The notes under the pieces are model-generated. The model saw only the letters and a list, made by a program, of their open reading frames with translations, had not been told where the DNA came from and did no database searches. From IMG/VR virus record IMGVR_UViG_3300006794_000002: a stretch of DNA of 14,550 bases. One strand, 5' to 3'. The first letter of the stretch is position 1. Each line of letters starts with the position of its first letter. A program made the position numbers and the translations under genes. Origin of the DNA: a virus. Its lineage: Duplodnaviria > Heunggongvirae > Uroviricota > Caudoviricetes. Of this stretch, positions 1-6,601 are shown piece by piece.

Positions 1-139
1 AGCCACCCGGATTTTCCAGTTTAGCCCTAATGTGATGACGTTCCAGCAATAACCTACGTACATATTCAGACGTGTACTTCAGTGCTGCCGGTTCAGCCCT
101 TATTGGCTCATCGTGACGGGCGCGATCAGTACCGTCCAT
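1..139 (-). CDS. hypothetical protein, partial (runs off the left edge)
   Basis: Not in the ORF track. ATG at 139 overlaps the end of the clamp-like gene and the frame stays open to the edge: MDGTDRARHDEPIRAEPAALKYTSEYVRRLLLERHHIRAKLENPGG. A weak GGAG lies upstream. Confidence 0.4.
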   Translation of the reverse strand, partial: MDGTDRARHDEPIRAEPAALKYTSEYVRRLLLERHHIRAKLENPGG

Positions 140-1218
140 TGACTGTAGTTCTCTCCGTTTAACCTAATTGCTGGTGAGGGACTAGCCCACGCCAGTTCGA
201 TATCTTTGGACTCAAATGCCCTCAGCATATCCAAAAAGAGCGCACCTTGCACGCTTCGGATACCCTTACCTGTGGTAGTCGCAGGAAGTTTCATTCCCGC
301 TTCGGCACCATAAGGGAAGATTCCCAACATGCCGGTATCCACCTGAAGCGTTACGCGCTGGTACTCATCGTTCGGCATCTGACCTTTGATCGCTTCGATC
401 AGTTGCTTGCGATCTATAACTACACTTGCTGTCGGGTCGCCCCGCCATTCAAACGTAGGCCACGGTTTAGGATGACTAGGTGGCTCGCTAATCCTCTTTC
501 TAGGGTCGTACCTAGACACCTTCCAAGGCCCGCTGAAGACTTCGTAAAGTCCAGCGCGGGCTACAGCACCACCCTCACCAAATTCAATCGTCCCGTCCTG
601 ATCCATGATCTTCAGGGCACGCCAGAAGTCCATGTAGGCAGAGCCGTACACTTCTTCTTCAACCAGACGCTTAGCGTCGGCTGCGAATGTGGCGTACATC
701 TCCTTGTTTACGGGAGAGACTGCGGTGAGTCTTACTGTGTCATCGTAGAAATGAAAGGTGGGGGTAGACGCTTCGATATCGCGTTGAACGGTGTCAAATA
801 ACTTGCTAACTTGTCCAAAGCCGTCTTTAGGGATGAAGCCAATTGCTCGTACATCTCTTGGTTTCCTTGCAAAGCCAGCATCCTTGATACTTCCACTTGC
901 TCCCCATACGACACTGCCCCCCTTGTCGCTAACAAGTTGCAGACTATCTTCTGAGACAACGAATCGAAGGTCCAACTTACCTTTAAGTACTTTCGCGGTA
1001 GATAGTAGCGGTCTTGCCAGTACTGTAAAAGTTGCTCGTTGATCCGATCCAATATCTGCTGTGACCGTGACTCCGCCGACACGATTCGCGGCGATGAGTT
1101 TAAGGACTCCATCTTTGGCTTGGACTCCAATGAGAGTCTCAGGCCCGGAAGCCTTATCCCGAACAGTCGAAAAAGTAGATAGCGCACTACAAATCCTTTT
1201 GAATTCGGTTACTGTCAT
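100..1218 (-). CDS. dnaN: DNA polymerase III beta sliding clamp-like protein
   Basis: 372 aa, the size of a beta clamp. It has an N-terminal IGVQAKDGVLKLIAAN and FTVLARPLLSTAKVL, and domain III-like IDRKQLIEAIK, VQGALFLDMLRAFESKDIELAW and terminal SPAIRL...VLIAPV. ATGA overlap with the upstream gene. Divergent; recognised by eye. Confidence 0.72.
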   Translation of the reverse strand: MTVTEFKRICSALSTFSTVRDKASGPETLIGVQAKDGVLKLIAANRVGGVTVTADIGSDQRATFTVLARPLLSTAKVLKGKLDLRFVVSEDSLQLVSDKGGSVVWGASGSIKDAGFARKPRDVRAIGFIPKDGFGQVSKLFDTVQRDIEASTPTFHFYDDTVRLTAVSPVNKEMYATFAADAKRLVEEEVYGSAYMDFWRALKIMDQDGTIEFGEGGAVARAGLYEVFSGPWKVSRYDPRKRISEPPSHPKPWPTFEWRGDPTASVVIDRKQLIEAIKGQMPNDEYQRVTLQVDTGMLGIFPYGAEAGMKLPATTTGKGIRSVQGALFLDMLRAFESKDIELAWASPSPAIRLNGENYSQWTVLIAPVTMSQ

Positions 1219-1424
1219 TCATCTTCTTCATCTTCTATCAGGTCTTCAAGGCCAACCGGCAGGGAGTCCAGCACTTCAAGCAGCCGCACATCAACGATGT
1301 CCATGCCGTGCTTCTCTAGAATGTCGAACGCATCCCCTGTTGTAAACGTGGTGCGTAAGGAATGAGCGGTCAGTATCTCTCGCATCGCTGCGTCATACTG
1401 TGCTTCCGTTTTAAGTTTGCCCAT
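1215..1424 (-). CDS. hypothetical protein with acidic C-terminus
   Basis: 69 aa ORF overlapping both neighbours, in the operon direction; ends EDLIEDEEDE. Confidence 0.7.
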   Translation of the reverse strand: MGKLKTEAQYDAAMREILTAHSLRTTFTTGDAFDILEKHGMDIVDVRLLEVLDSLPVGLEDLIEDEEDE

Positions 1425-1830
1425 TCATCCTCACACCGTTGTTAATTCCGCTGTCGAATCGACCGAGGAACTTGATTGCGTTGATGGTCTGCTCGATTGA
1501 GCGCCAAGCGTTAGAAATCTTCCGCGCATTTGTACGCGCCTTGATTTCGGCAAGGCGATAATCCCGCGTTTTGACAGTGGCAATAGCCTCCAAGACGGCC
1601 TGACTCGCCTTTTCATTTGCGATCTTAGCCTCTTGGATAGCCTCTGATTCGGCGTACTTTCTTTCTGCTTCTGCAAGGTCGGCATCTCCTGTCGCTGTTG
1701 CTTCGATGTACCCGAAGTATGTGTACGCTTCTACCAGCCAGTCCAAGTCTTGGGCTGTCGGATTCTGCGTAAGTCTTTCTAGTGTCTTGTTGATATAGGA
1801 TGGACTAATCTCTAGTTTAGGCATCCTCAT
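1411..1830 (-). CDS. helical/coiled-coil protein, possibly UvsY-like recombination mediator
   Basis: 139 aa (alternative ATG at 1824), rich in Ala, Glu and Lys, predicted long helices (AEAERKYAESEAIQEAK...ARKISNAWRSIEQTINAIK). Overlaps both neighbours. The UvsY resemblance covers only size and helical pattern. Confidence 0.6.
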   Translation of the reverse strand: MRMPKLEISPSYINKTLERLTQNPTAQDLDWLVEAYTYFGYIEATATGDADLAEAERKYAESEAIQEAKIANEKASQAVLEAIATVKTRDYRLAEIKARTNARKISNAWRSIEQTINAIKFLGRFDSGINNGVRMNGQT

Positions 1831-2131
1831 CTTCTTTCATCTGGTCGTACCAAGGGCCGGGAAGTTCGTCCTCATTAGGCTCTTCTTCCTCTTCCTCTTC
1901 AGGATCGTACTCTTCGGCCAGCGTTACACTAGTCTCCTTGTCCTCATCCAGATCATAAGGAGCAATCGTGGCTACGCGCTTGGCTAGGCCACGCATAACG
2001 AGTACGTCCAGTGCTACTGCGGGCGGAATCATCATCGCCTGAGCGCTGAGCATCTGCATAACTTCGTCTTTGACTTCATAAATGCTGTATGCTGTGGCTA
2101 CAGTGATAAGGTTTCGCTTAGTTCTCGCCAT
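1817..2131 (-). CDS. hypothetical protein with very acidic C-terminal half
   Basis: 104 aa; 23 of the last 45 residues are D/E, including a run of 7 Glu. Overlaps both neighbours. Confidence 0.7.
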   Translation of the reverse strand: MARTKRNLITVATAYSIYEVKDEVMQMLSAQAMMIPPAVALDVLVMRGLAKRVATIAPYDLDEDKETSVTLAEEYDPEEEEEEEPNEDELPGPWYDQMKEDEDA

Positions 2132-2450
2132 CTATTGTACCACTTTCATCCCCGTAATGTCCAACGTGTACTAGATCAGCGATCATCAATGCAAAATTAG
2201 CAACGTCGGCGCATTCATGAATGATTGCTTCTGCGTGGTCCCTGTTTGGGTAAAACGCATTGTCAATCATAGCCTTATTTAGTTCGTCAATCTCTTCCAT
2301 CATCCGCTCGTGCGCTCTGTTGATGGTGAACCCATCCTCACTACGCCAGAACGGTTTGTGATCGTTCACCACAAACTTGAACCGCATTCGATTAGTAAAC
2401 CAGTCGAGCGCCTGTTCTACTTGTGGCATATCACTTCTCAGATTTGACAT
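2118..2450 (-). CDS. MazG-like nucleoside triphosphate pyrophosphohydrolase (all-alpha NTP-PPase)
   Basis: Motifs MMEEIDELNKAM and IIHECADVANFALMIAD match the EExxE...ExxD metal-binding helices of the NTP-PPase superfamily. Start trimmed to ATG 2450 (2429 is also possible), because the track's longer start lies deep inside the upstream gene. Confidence 0.72.
   Translation of the reverse strand: MSNLRSDMPQVEQALDWFTNRMRFKFVVNDHKPFWRSEDGFTINRAHERMMEEIDELNKAMIDNAFYPNRDHAEAIIHECADVANFALMIADLVHVGHYGDESGTIDGEN
2134..2165 (-). promoter_or_regulatory. promoter P1 of the GTTGGACA / extended -10 class, inside the MazG-like gene
   Basis: Minus strand reads GTTGGACATTACGGGGATGAAAGTGGTACAAT: TGGACA (2163-2158), 18 bp spacer, TGG, TACAAT (2139-2134). 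Same layout as three other copies. Confidence 0.6.
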
Positions 2451-2640
2451 CTTCAACTTCTTTCTTGTAGACAGATGGGCCGTAGGTAGGCAGTGCCAAA
2501 TTGAGAAGAACATTCCTCTCAATTGGCACACCTAGGTCAATTTCGTACTCAGGATGCTCTTTCATCCAAACATCGAACACCCTGTTAGACATGAGTACCC
2601 AATAGTTAGGCTCAGTCCGGGTCTTCGTAGACTGAATCAA
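2431..2640 (-). CDS. hypothetical protein
   Basis: 69 aa from TTG 2640 (AAGGA about 9 nt upstream) or 53 aa from ATG 2592. Fills the gap between the helicase and MazG-like genes. Confidence 0.55.
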   Translation of the reverse strand: MIQSTKTRTEPNYWVLMSNRVFDVWMKEHPEYEIDLGVPIERNVLLNLALPTYGPSVYKKEVEDVKSEK

Positions 2641-3904
2641 CTTCTTCGATCCTTCCCGTATTTAGCGTTATCTCGGTGTCAAATTTCTTTAGCGCACCGT
2701 GTCGGTTTTTGGCAATATCAAAGTGCAGGATAGGCGACTGTTCCTTACGGTTGCGACGAAGCATCACTGCAACATCGGCTGAGTCACGGATATCTCCTGC
2801 ACCCTTGAAGGTGTAGAATTCTCCCTGTCCCTTTTCCTGAATGTCCTGATTAGCCATTGCGTTTGACACTTGCGAGAATGCAACAACCGTGCATTGAAGG
2901 TCTTTAGCGAGTTGGAGTGATTCGACCGCCACATCTCTAGCATCTCCATACACATCTCCGCTGATGCGGATGTTCTGAATGTAGTCAAGCACCACAACAT
3001 CAAGCCCTTCCTGATCGTGGATGCGATGCAGAAGGTTCTTGATCTTGGCCCACTTGTAGTAGGCGTCGAAGATAAACAACGGCGACTTTTCTAGTTTGCG
3101 TGTCGCAGCAGCAAGGTTCTCTTGATTTTCGATGCCACGAATGACACCGTTTCGAATGTCTTGCTGTGGTACGCCCGAAGATATAGAGAGCAGTCGAATC
3201 ATGTACTGCTCCTGCGTCATCTCAGTTGAGACAATCGCAACCTTCTTGCCACGTACAGCCAGAGCGTCAAGAACAATGTTGCAGCCTACCGCTGACTTAC
3301 CCGTTGAAGAGAAGCCACCGATAACCCACAGGTTTCCACGCTGAAGCCCACCAGTTATCTGCGAAAGAGTCGGAGCAAAGAGAAGAGGAATCGTGTCACT
3401 CGGTCCCGCAGACGTGATCCTACGGATGATGTCTTGTGGGCGGGGACTGCGCTCTGCTTCAGGGAGAATGTCGGAGACAGCACGTAGGGCACTTTCAGCG
3501 TCCACGATTGCAGACTCGTAATCGGATCGATGCTCTCGCCCGATTTCAATAATCCTAGCCCCTGCTCTAGTGATGTGTCTAGAGACAGCCAATCCTTTGA
3601 CGGTTGCGGCATAGCCAGAGGCTTGCTCGACAGAAGCAGGAAGGCTACTGAGTCCGGCAACGTATTCTCCGGTACTATCGTCACCGGCAAGCCGAAGTGC
3701 TTCAAGTACGTAGGGAAGTTCTGGTCGTTGTTTTTCGGCAACAGTTTCAAAAACCGCCTTGGCAACACGACGGTTCTCTGGTCCAAGGAAGTCATCTTTG
3801 GTAAGGCCGACATGATTGATGGCATAGAATTCCTCAGGGTATCGCAGCATCGCTGCTAGTACTAGCGCCTCTGCTTCGTTGTTGTAGAGCGCTTCACTAG
3901 TCAT
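2612..3904 (-). CDS. dnaB: replicative DNA helicase, DnaB family
   Basis: 430 aa. N-terminal NEAEALVLAAML, Walker A GGFSSTGKS, STEM, Walker B VVVLDYIQ, AFSQVS, FKGAGDIRDSADV and arginine-finger IAKNRHG. Confidence 0.93.
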   Translation of the reverse strand: MTSEALYNNEAEALVLAAMLRYPEEFYAINHVGLTKDDFLGPENRRVAKAVFETVAEKQRPELPYVLEALRLAGDDSTGEYVAGLSSLPASVEQASGYAATVKGLAVSRHITRAGARIIEIGREHRSDYESAIVDAESALRAVSDILPEAERSPRPQDIIRRITSAGPSDTIPLLFAPTLSQITGGLQRGNLWVIGGFSSTGKSAVGCNIVLDALAVRGKKVAIVSTEMTQEQYMIRLLSISSGVPQQDIRNGVIRGIENQENLAAATRKLEKSPLFIFDAYYKWAKIKNLLHRIHDQEGLDVVVLDYIQNIRISGDVYGDARDVAVESLQLAKDLQCTVVAFSQVSNAMANQDIQEKGQGEFYTFKGAGDIRDSADVAVMLRRNRKEQSPILHFDIAKNRHGALKKFDTEITLNTGRIEEVDSVYEDPD

Positions 3905-4677
3905 TCGGTCTGAACCCTATCTTGCGACTCTGCGGCTCCATATAGTCCACCAATGGTGTACTTACTATCTTCTCGGAGCCAGTTGTAAAGGTCAAGTGCT
4001 GATACGAAAGCATTGAACGATGCACTTCCGATAACACATCTTCTAAGTTCGTACCCTGCGGGGCTAAGATGGAGAACGTAGCCGCGTTCTGCGACAGGGA
4101 CTTCGGTTCGTTGTCCATCACGGACGGCAAACTCGCCTCTAGAATAAGCCGCCAGTTGTAGTCCAACTTCAGGCCAGATGCTACTTCCAGTTTTGATATC
4201 AATTACGCATACCTTTCCGTTGATAACGGCGTAGATGTCGGCGGTACCGGCATAGCCGTAGGTATCGTTGAATACAGTCAGTTCAGTTGCAACGTAGGTA
4301 GGCTGAACGTCGTATTGAAAAGCCTCATACGCAGCGATGTAGGGCGCAGCAGCCTCAGAAAAGACTGGCAGTTCTGCGTTGCTTGCCATTGCGTCAGCGT
4401 AGGCGTGAACCTCTTGGCCTAGATTGGCCTTAACGTCTTTCCCTTCGTCCGCAAGTCCAAGAACGAACTTGATCGCTTTCTCGCGGTCGAGTGCTGCAAA
4501 TTCTTCATGGCTATCGTAAGCCGATTGAGCCACAAGTTTAGCCATCCAGCGGGATAGCGCTGGCTTCGGAATACAGTATTTGAGTACCGTGGTGACAGAT
4601 GGATAACGCTTCTCGTCATACTCATAGAAGCGGTCCCCGCCATCCAGTGTTCTTAATCCTTTCACGGATATGGGCAT
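3901..4677 (-). CDS. PD-(D/E)XK exonuclease, phage type
   Basis: Motifs YPSVTTVL, LGQEVH, YAGTADI, VIDIKTG and QLAAY. Shine-Dalgarno AAGGA precedes ATG 4677. Its TGA overlaps the helicase ATG (ATGA). Confidence 0.85.
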   Translation of the reverse strand: MPISVKGLRTLDGGDRFYEYDEKRYPSVTTVLKYCIPKPALSRWMAKLVAQSAYDSHEEFAALDREKAIKFVLGLADEGKDVKANLGQEVHAYADAMASNAELPVFSEAAAPYIAAYEAFQYDVQPTYVATELTVFNDTYGYAGTADIYAVINGKVCVIDIKTGSSIWPEVGLQLAAYSRGEFAVRDGQRTEVPVAERGYVLHLSPAGYELRRCVIGSASFNAFVSALDLYNWLREDSKYTIGGLYGAAESQDRVQTE

Positions 4678-5203
4678 CAAGGTTCCTTATATCGTACACC
4701 GGCTTACCTGTGCGGATCGCATAGTCTATGCAGTTCTTAGTTCCGCCCGGTGTACCGTTGTAGTAACTGATAACGATGTCCGCGTTATCAACCATGTGTT
4801 GATTGCGCTCCTGAAAGCGCCATTTGTGACCGTTGTAAGGGATAGGTTTGCAGGACTCAGCCTGACAAAGCGAGATGAAATGCAACCACTCTTCCACTGG
4901 CTGTGCGCCATTAGGTCCGCTGTTCAGCGCCTTATGCAGCGCCTTCAATCGGTAGTCGAACGGAACGTGGATGGCCTCAACGCTGTTGAGCGAAGGCCAG
5001 ATTCGTTTTAGTACGTAGGTATCAAATCCGTCAGCACCGCCATTATGGAATACAACTGGTCGATCCCATCCTATGTCACGCAGAAAGTCCAAGCCGTCGT
5101 CTATGGCTGGCTCATCTTCAGGCTCTACCTCACGGTGGCCGGTGAATGCAATGCTAAGAAGCGGAGGCAGTTTATCCAAAGATGATCCGTCCCTTCTCGT
5201 CAT
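4622..5203 (-). CDS. SLOG superfamily protein, YspA-like
   Basis: Motifs IAFTGHR, HNGGADGFD and FQERNQHMVDNADIVISYYNGTPGGTKNCIDYA..GKPV are typical of YspA/DprA-related SLOG Rossmannoid domains. Start codon uncertain. Confidence 0.8.
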   Translation of the reverse strand: MTRRDGSSLDKLPPLLSIAFTGHREVEPEDEPAIDDGLDFLRDIGWDRPVVFHNGGADGFDTYVLKRIWPSLNSVEAIHVPFDYRLKALHKALNSGPNGAQPVEEWLHFISLCQAESCKPIPYNGHKWRFQERNQHMVDNADIVISYYNGTPGGTKNCIDYAIRTGKPVYDIRNLDAHIRERIKNTGWRGPLL

Positions 5204-5504
5204 ACTTCACTAGTGGGGCATCCACAATGTCGTCAGGCCAGTACGTATCGTACTCTTCAGGCTCTCCGCCGTAACCGCCGTACTTCTGGACAGACTGGTA
5301 ACGACTCTCGACTTCGTAGTTGATGCTGAGTTTTTCTGCCAGAATCTCTAGGGCATCATCCCACCCGTTGGAAATGCCAAGTGAACCGCGAAAGGGATCA
5401 TGAGAGTAGAAATCCCAAATAAGTTTGCCATCCAGATACAGGCCAGCGAAGTCATCAGGACTTACGGCCATAACCAGTCTACGCTTCTCCGGTGACTCGA
5501 TCAT
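5172..5504 (-). CDS. hypothetical protein
   Basis: 110 aa from ATG 5504 with GGAG about 10 nt upstream (ATG 5471 is also possible). Acidic and aromatic-rich; overlaps both neighbours. Confidence 0.65.
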   Translation of the reverse strand: MIESPEKRRLVMAVSPDDFAGLYLDGKLIWDFYSHDPFRGSLGISNGWDDALEILAEKLSINYEVESRYQSVQKYGGYGGEPEEYDTYWPDDIVDAPLVKYDEKGRIIFG

Positions 5505-5817
5505 CGTTGAGCAACTCCAATAGTACGTCTGCATGGCATGGGAGCGGAGAACACCAGCAAGCAAGTGCTGTTGCGTCTTTAAGTGGGCTTAGCCACTCCG
5601 GTTCCTTCTTGACACGTCTGATAGCATAGACCCTGAACATGTCGATCACGAACTGTCGGATCGAATCACGGTCTTTACCAACCTTGTCCGGTGGACAGGC
5701 GATTACGTCCTGTACTCTATAGGGGTTTCCCCAAGGGGAGGGGCGACCGACGTACACGCACCCTTCAGGTACTTTCCTGCCGATCTTCCTCATGTTTAGG
5801 ATGATTTTCGGTGTCAT
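5479..5817 (-). CDS. DUF4326 domain protein
   Basis: Motifs VYVGRPSPWGNPY and LACWCSPLPCHADVLLELLN are the family signature. ATG 5817 lies 7 nt after the -10 of promoter P2 and has no Shine-Dalgarno. Confidence 0.85.
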   Translation of the reverse strand: MTPKIILNMRKIGRKVPEGCVYVGRPSPWGNPYRVQDVIACPPDKVGKDRDSIRQFVIDMFRVYAIRRVKKEPEWLSPLKDATALACWCSPLPCHADVLLELLNDDRVTGEA

Positions 5818-5823
5818 CTGCAC

Positions 5824-5855
5824 AGTTTACCACACTGATGTCACGTTTGTCCAAC
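5824..5855 (-). promoter_or_regulatory. promoter P2, leftward, for the replication/nucleotide arm
   Basis: Minus strand reads GTTGGACAAACGTGACATCAGTGTGGTAAACT: TGGACA (5853-5848), 18 bp, TGG, TAAACT (5829-5824). Confidence 0.75.
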
Positions 5856-5866
5856 CTCAGTGTGGA

Positions 5867-5899
5867 GTATCAATGGATACTAATTGATATCCATGGACA
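5867..5899. repeat. operator-like imperfect palindromes between divergent promoters
   Basis: TATCAATGGATA (5868-5879) and TATCCATGGACA (5888-5899) match at 10/12, are 20 bp apart and are each near-palindromic. GTATCAAT (5867-5874) and ATTGATAT (5883-5890) form an interlocked inverted repeat. Confidence 0.55.
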
Positions 5900-5900
5900 T

Positions 5901-5932
5901 GTTGGACATCAAGGTATACAGTGTGTTAAGAT
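5901..5932 (+). promoter_or_regulatory. promoter P3, rightward, for the SSB-like gene
   Basis: GTTGGACATCAAGGTATACAGTGTGTTAAGAT: TGGACA (5903-5908), 18 bp, TGT, TAAGAT (5927-5932). Confidence 0.75.
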
Positions 5933-5951
5933 GCTCTAGACAACTGTAAAC

Positions 5952-6006
5952 ATGCTTCTACATTGAGATTTAACCCTTTATAGAAGCGTTCACTCTTTAA
6001 GGAGTG
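5952..6006 (+). promoter_or_regulatory. two leader hairpins, the second covering the SSB Shine-Dalgarno
   Basis: ATGCTTCTA (5952-5960) pairs with TAGAAGCGT (5981-5989). CACTCT (5991-5996) pairs with GGAGTG (6001-6006) around a TTAA loop and includes the GGAG. Confidence 0.45.
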
Positions 6007-6009
6007 TAA

Positions 6010-6564
6010 ATGCCAAGAGTACCCGGTGCCGATGAATACGGCCAAGGTGGTGGCGATTTCGGTACGCTAGAAAGCGACGAGTATCGCCTAAAGATTCTGT
6101 CATGGGAAGAGCATGAGCAACCCCTGAACCAGTACAACAAAGACCCGAATGCCAAGAGCATCTGGTTCAAACTGGAACCTCTTCACTACGAGCATGATCC
6201 TGAGGCCGAGTTGGTCGATAAGGACACGGGTGAGCCTATCTCACCTGACAAGACGCTCATCTTCTTCTACGATCCTAAGCGATTGGGCCTTGTGCCGCGT
6301 ATCGCTCGATCACGCATGTTCCTTGCAGCCGCTCTGAACGTGCCGGTCGAAGAGCCTATCGACTTCGATGGCTACGATGATCTGATTGGCAAGGAGATTG
6401 TTGGAAACGTCATTGTCAAGGACGGCAAGAACCGAATTGACTCCGTAAGGCCCGTTAAGCAGCGTGCTAAGCGTTCTACCACGAAGGAAGCGCCAGCGGT
6501 TAAGGCTGCTAAGGAGGTCTTCGGGGAAGACGCCAACGAGCCTGAGGATGACACCGACTACTAG
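6010..6564 (+). CDS. single-stranded DNA-binding protein-like (DUF669-type phage SSB)
   Basis: 184 aa with Shine-Dalgarno TAAGGAG. Has FGTLESDEYRLKI, DLIGKEIVGNVIVK..NRIDSV, then a flexible linker and an acidic tail ending in an aromatic residue (EPEDDTDY), which is typical of SSBs. Lies next to the primase. Confidence 0.65.
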   Translation: MPRVPGADEYGQGGGDFGTLESDEYRLKILSWEEHEQPLNQYNKDPNAKSIWFKLEPLHYEHDPEAELVDKDTGEPISPDKTLIFFYDPKRLGLVPRIARSRMFLAAALNVPVEEPIDFDGYDDLIGKEIVGNVIVKDGKNRIDSVRPVKQRAKRSTTKEAPAVKAAKEVFGEDANEPEDDTDY

Positions 6565-6596
6565 GTTGGACATCCTCTTGACCAACGTGGTATAAT
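6565..6596 (+). promoter_or_regulatory. promoter P4, rightward, for the primase operon
   Basis: GTTGGACATCCTCTTGACCAACGTGGTATAAT starts immediately after the SSB stop codon: TGGACA (6567-6572), 18 bp, TGG, perfect TATAAT (6591-6596). Confidence 0.8.
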
Positions 6597-6601
6597 TGAA
6601 T

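Noticed and set aside
247-1345. Plus-strand ORFs 247-801, 791-1042 and 1061-1345, and minus-strand alternate frame 732-1187
   Set aside because: They are shadows of the clamp-like gene and its neighbour, with no Shine-Dalgarno or recognisable motifs.
3901-4677. Possible Cas4 / CRISPR adaptation gene
   Set aside because: The four-Cys Fe-S cluster pattern of Cas4 is absent, and no repeat-spacer array or other cas gene is visible.
2764-5011. Alternate-frame and antisense ORFs over the helicase, exonuclease and SLOG genes (for example 3355-3825, 3530-3859, 3897-4202, 4670-5011)
   Set aside because: They lie fully inside genes with strong family motifs and have no independent support.
6578-6596. 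TTGACC as the -35 for TATAAT
   Set aside because: The spacer is only 7 bp. TGGACA at 18 bp fits the four-copy motif instead.
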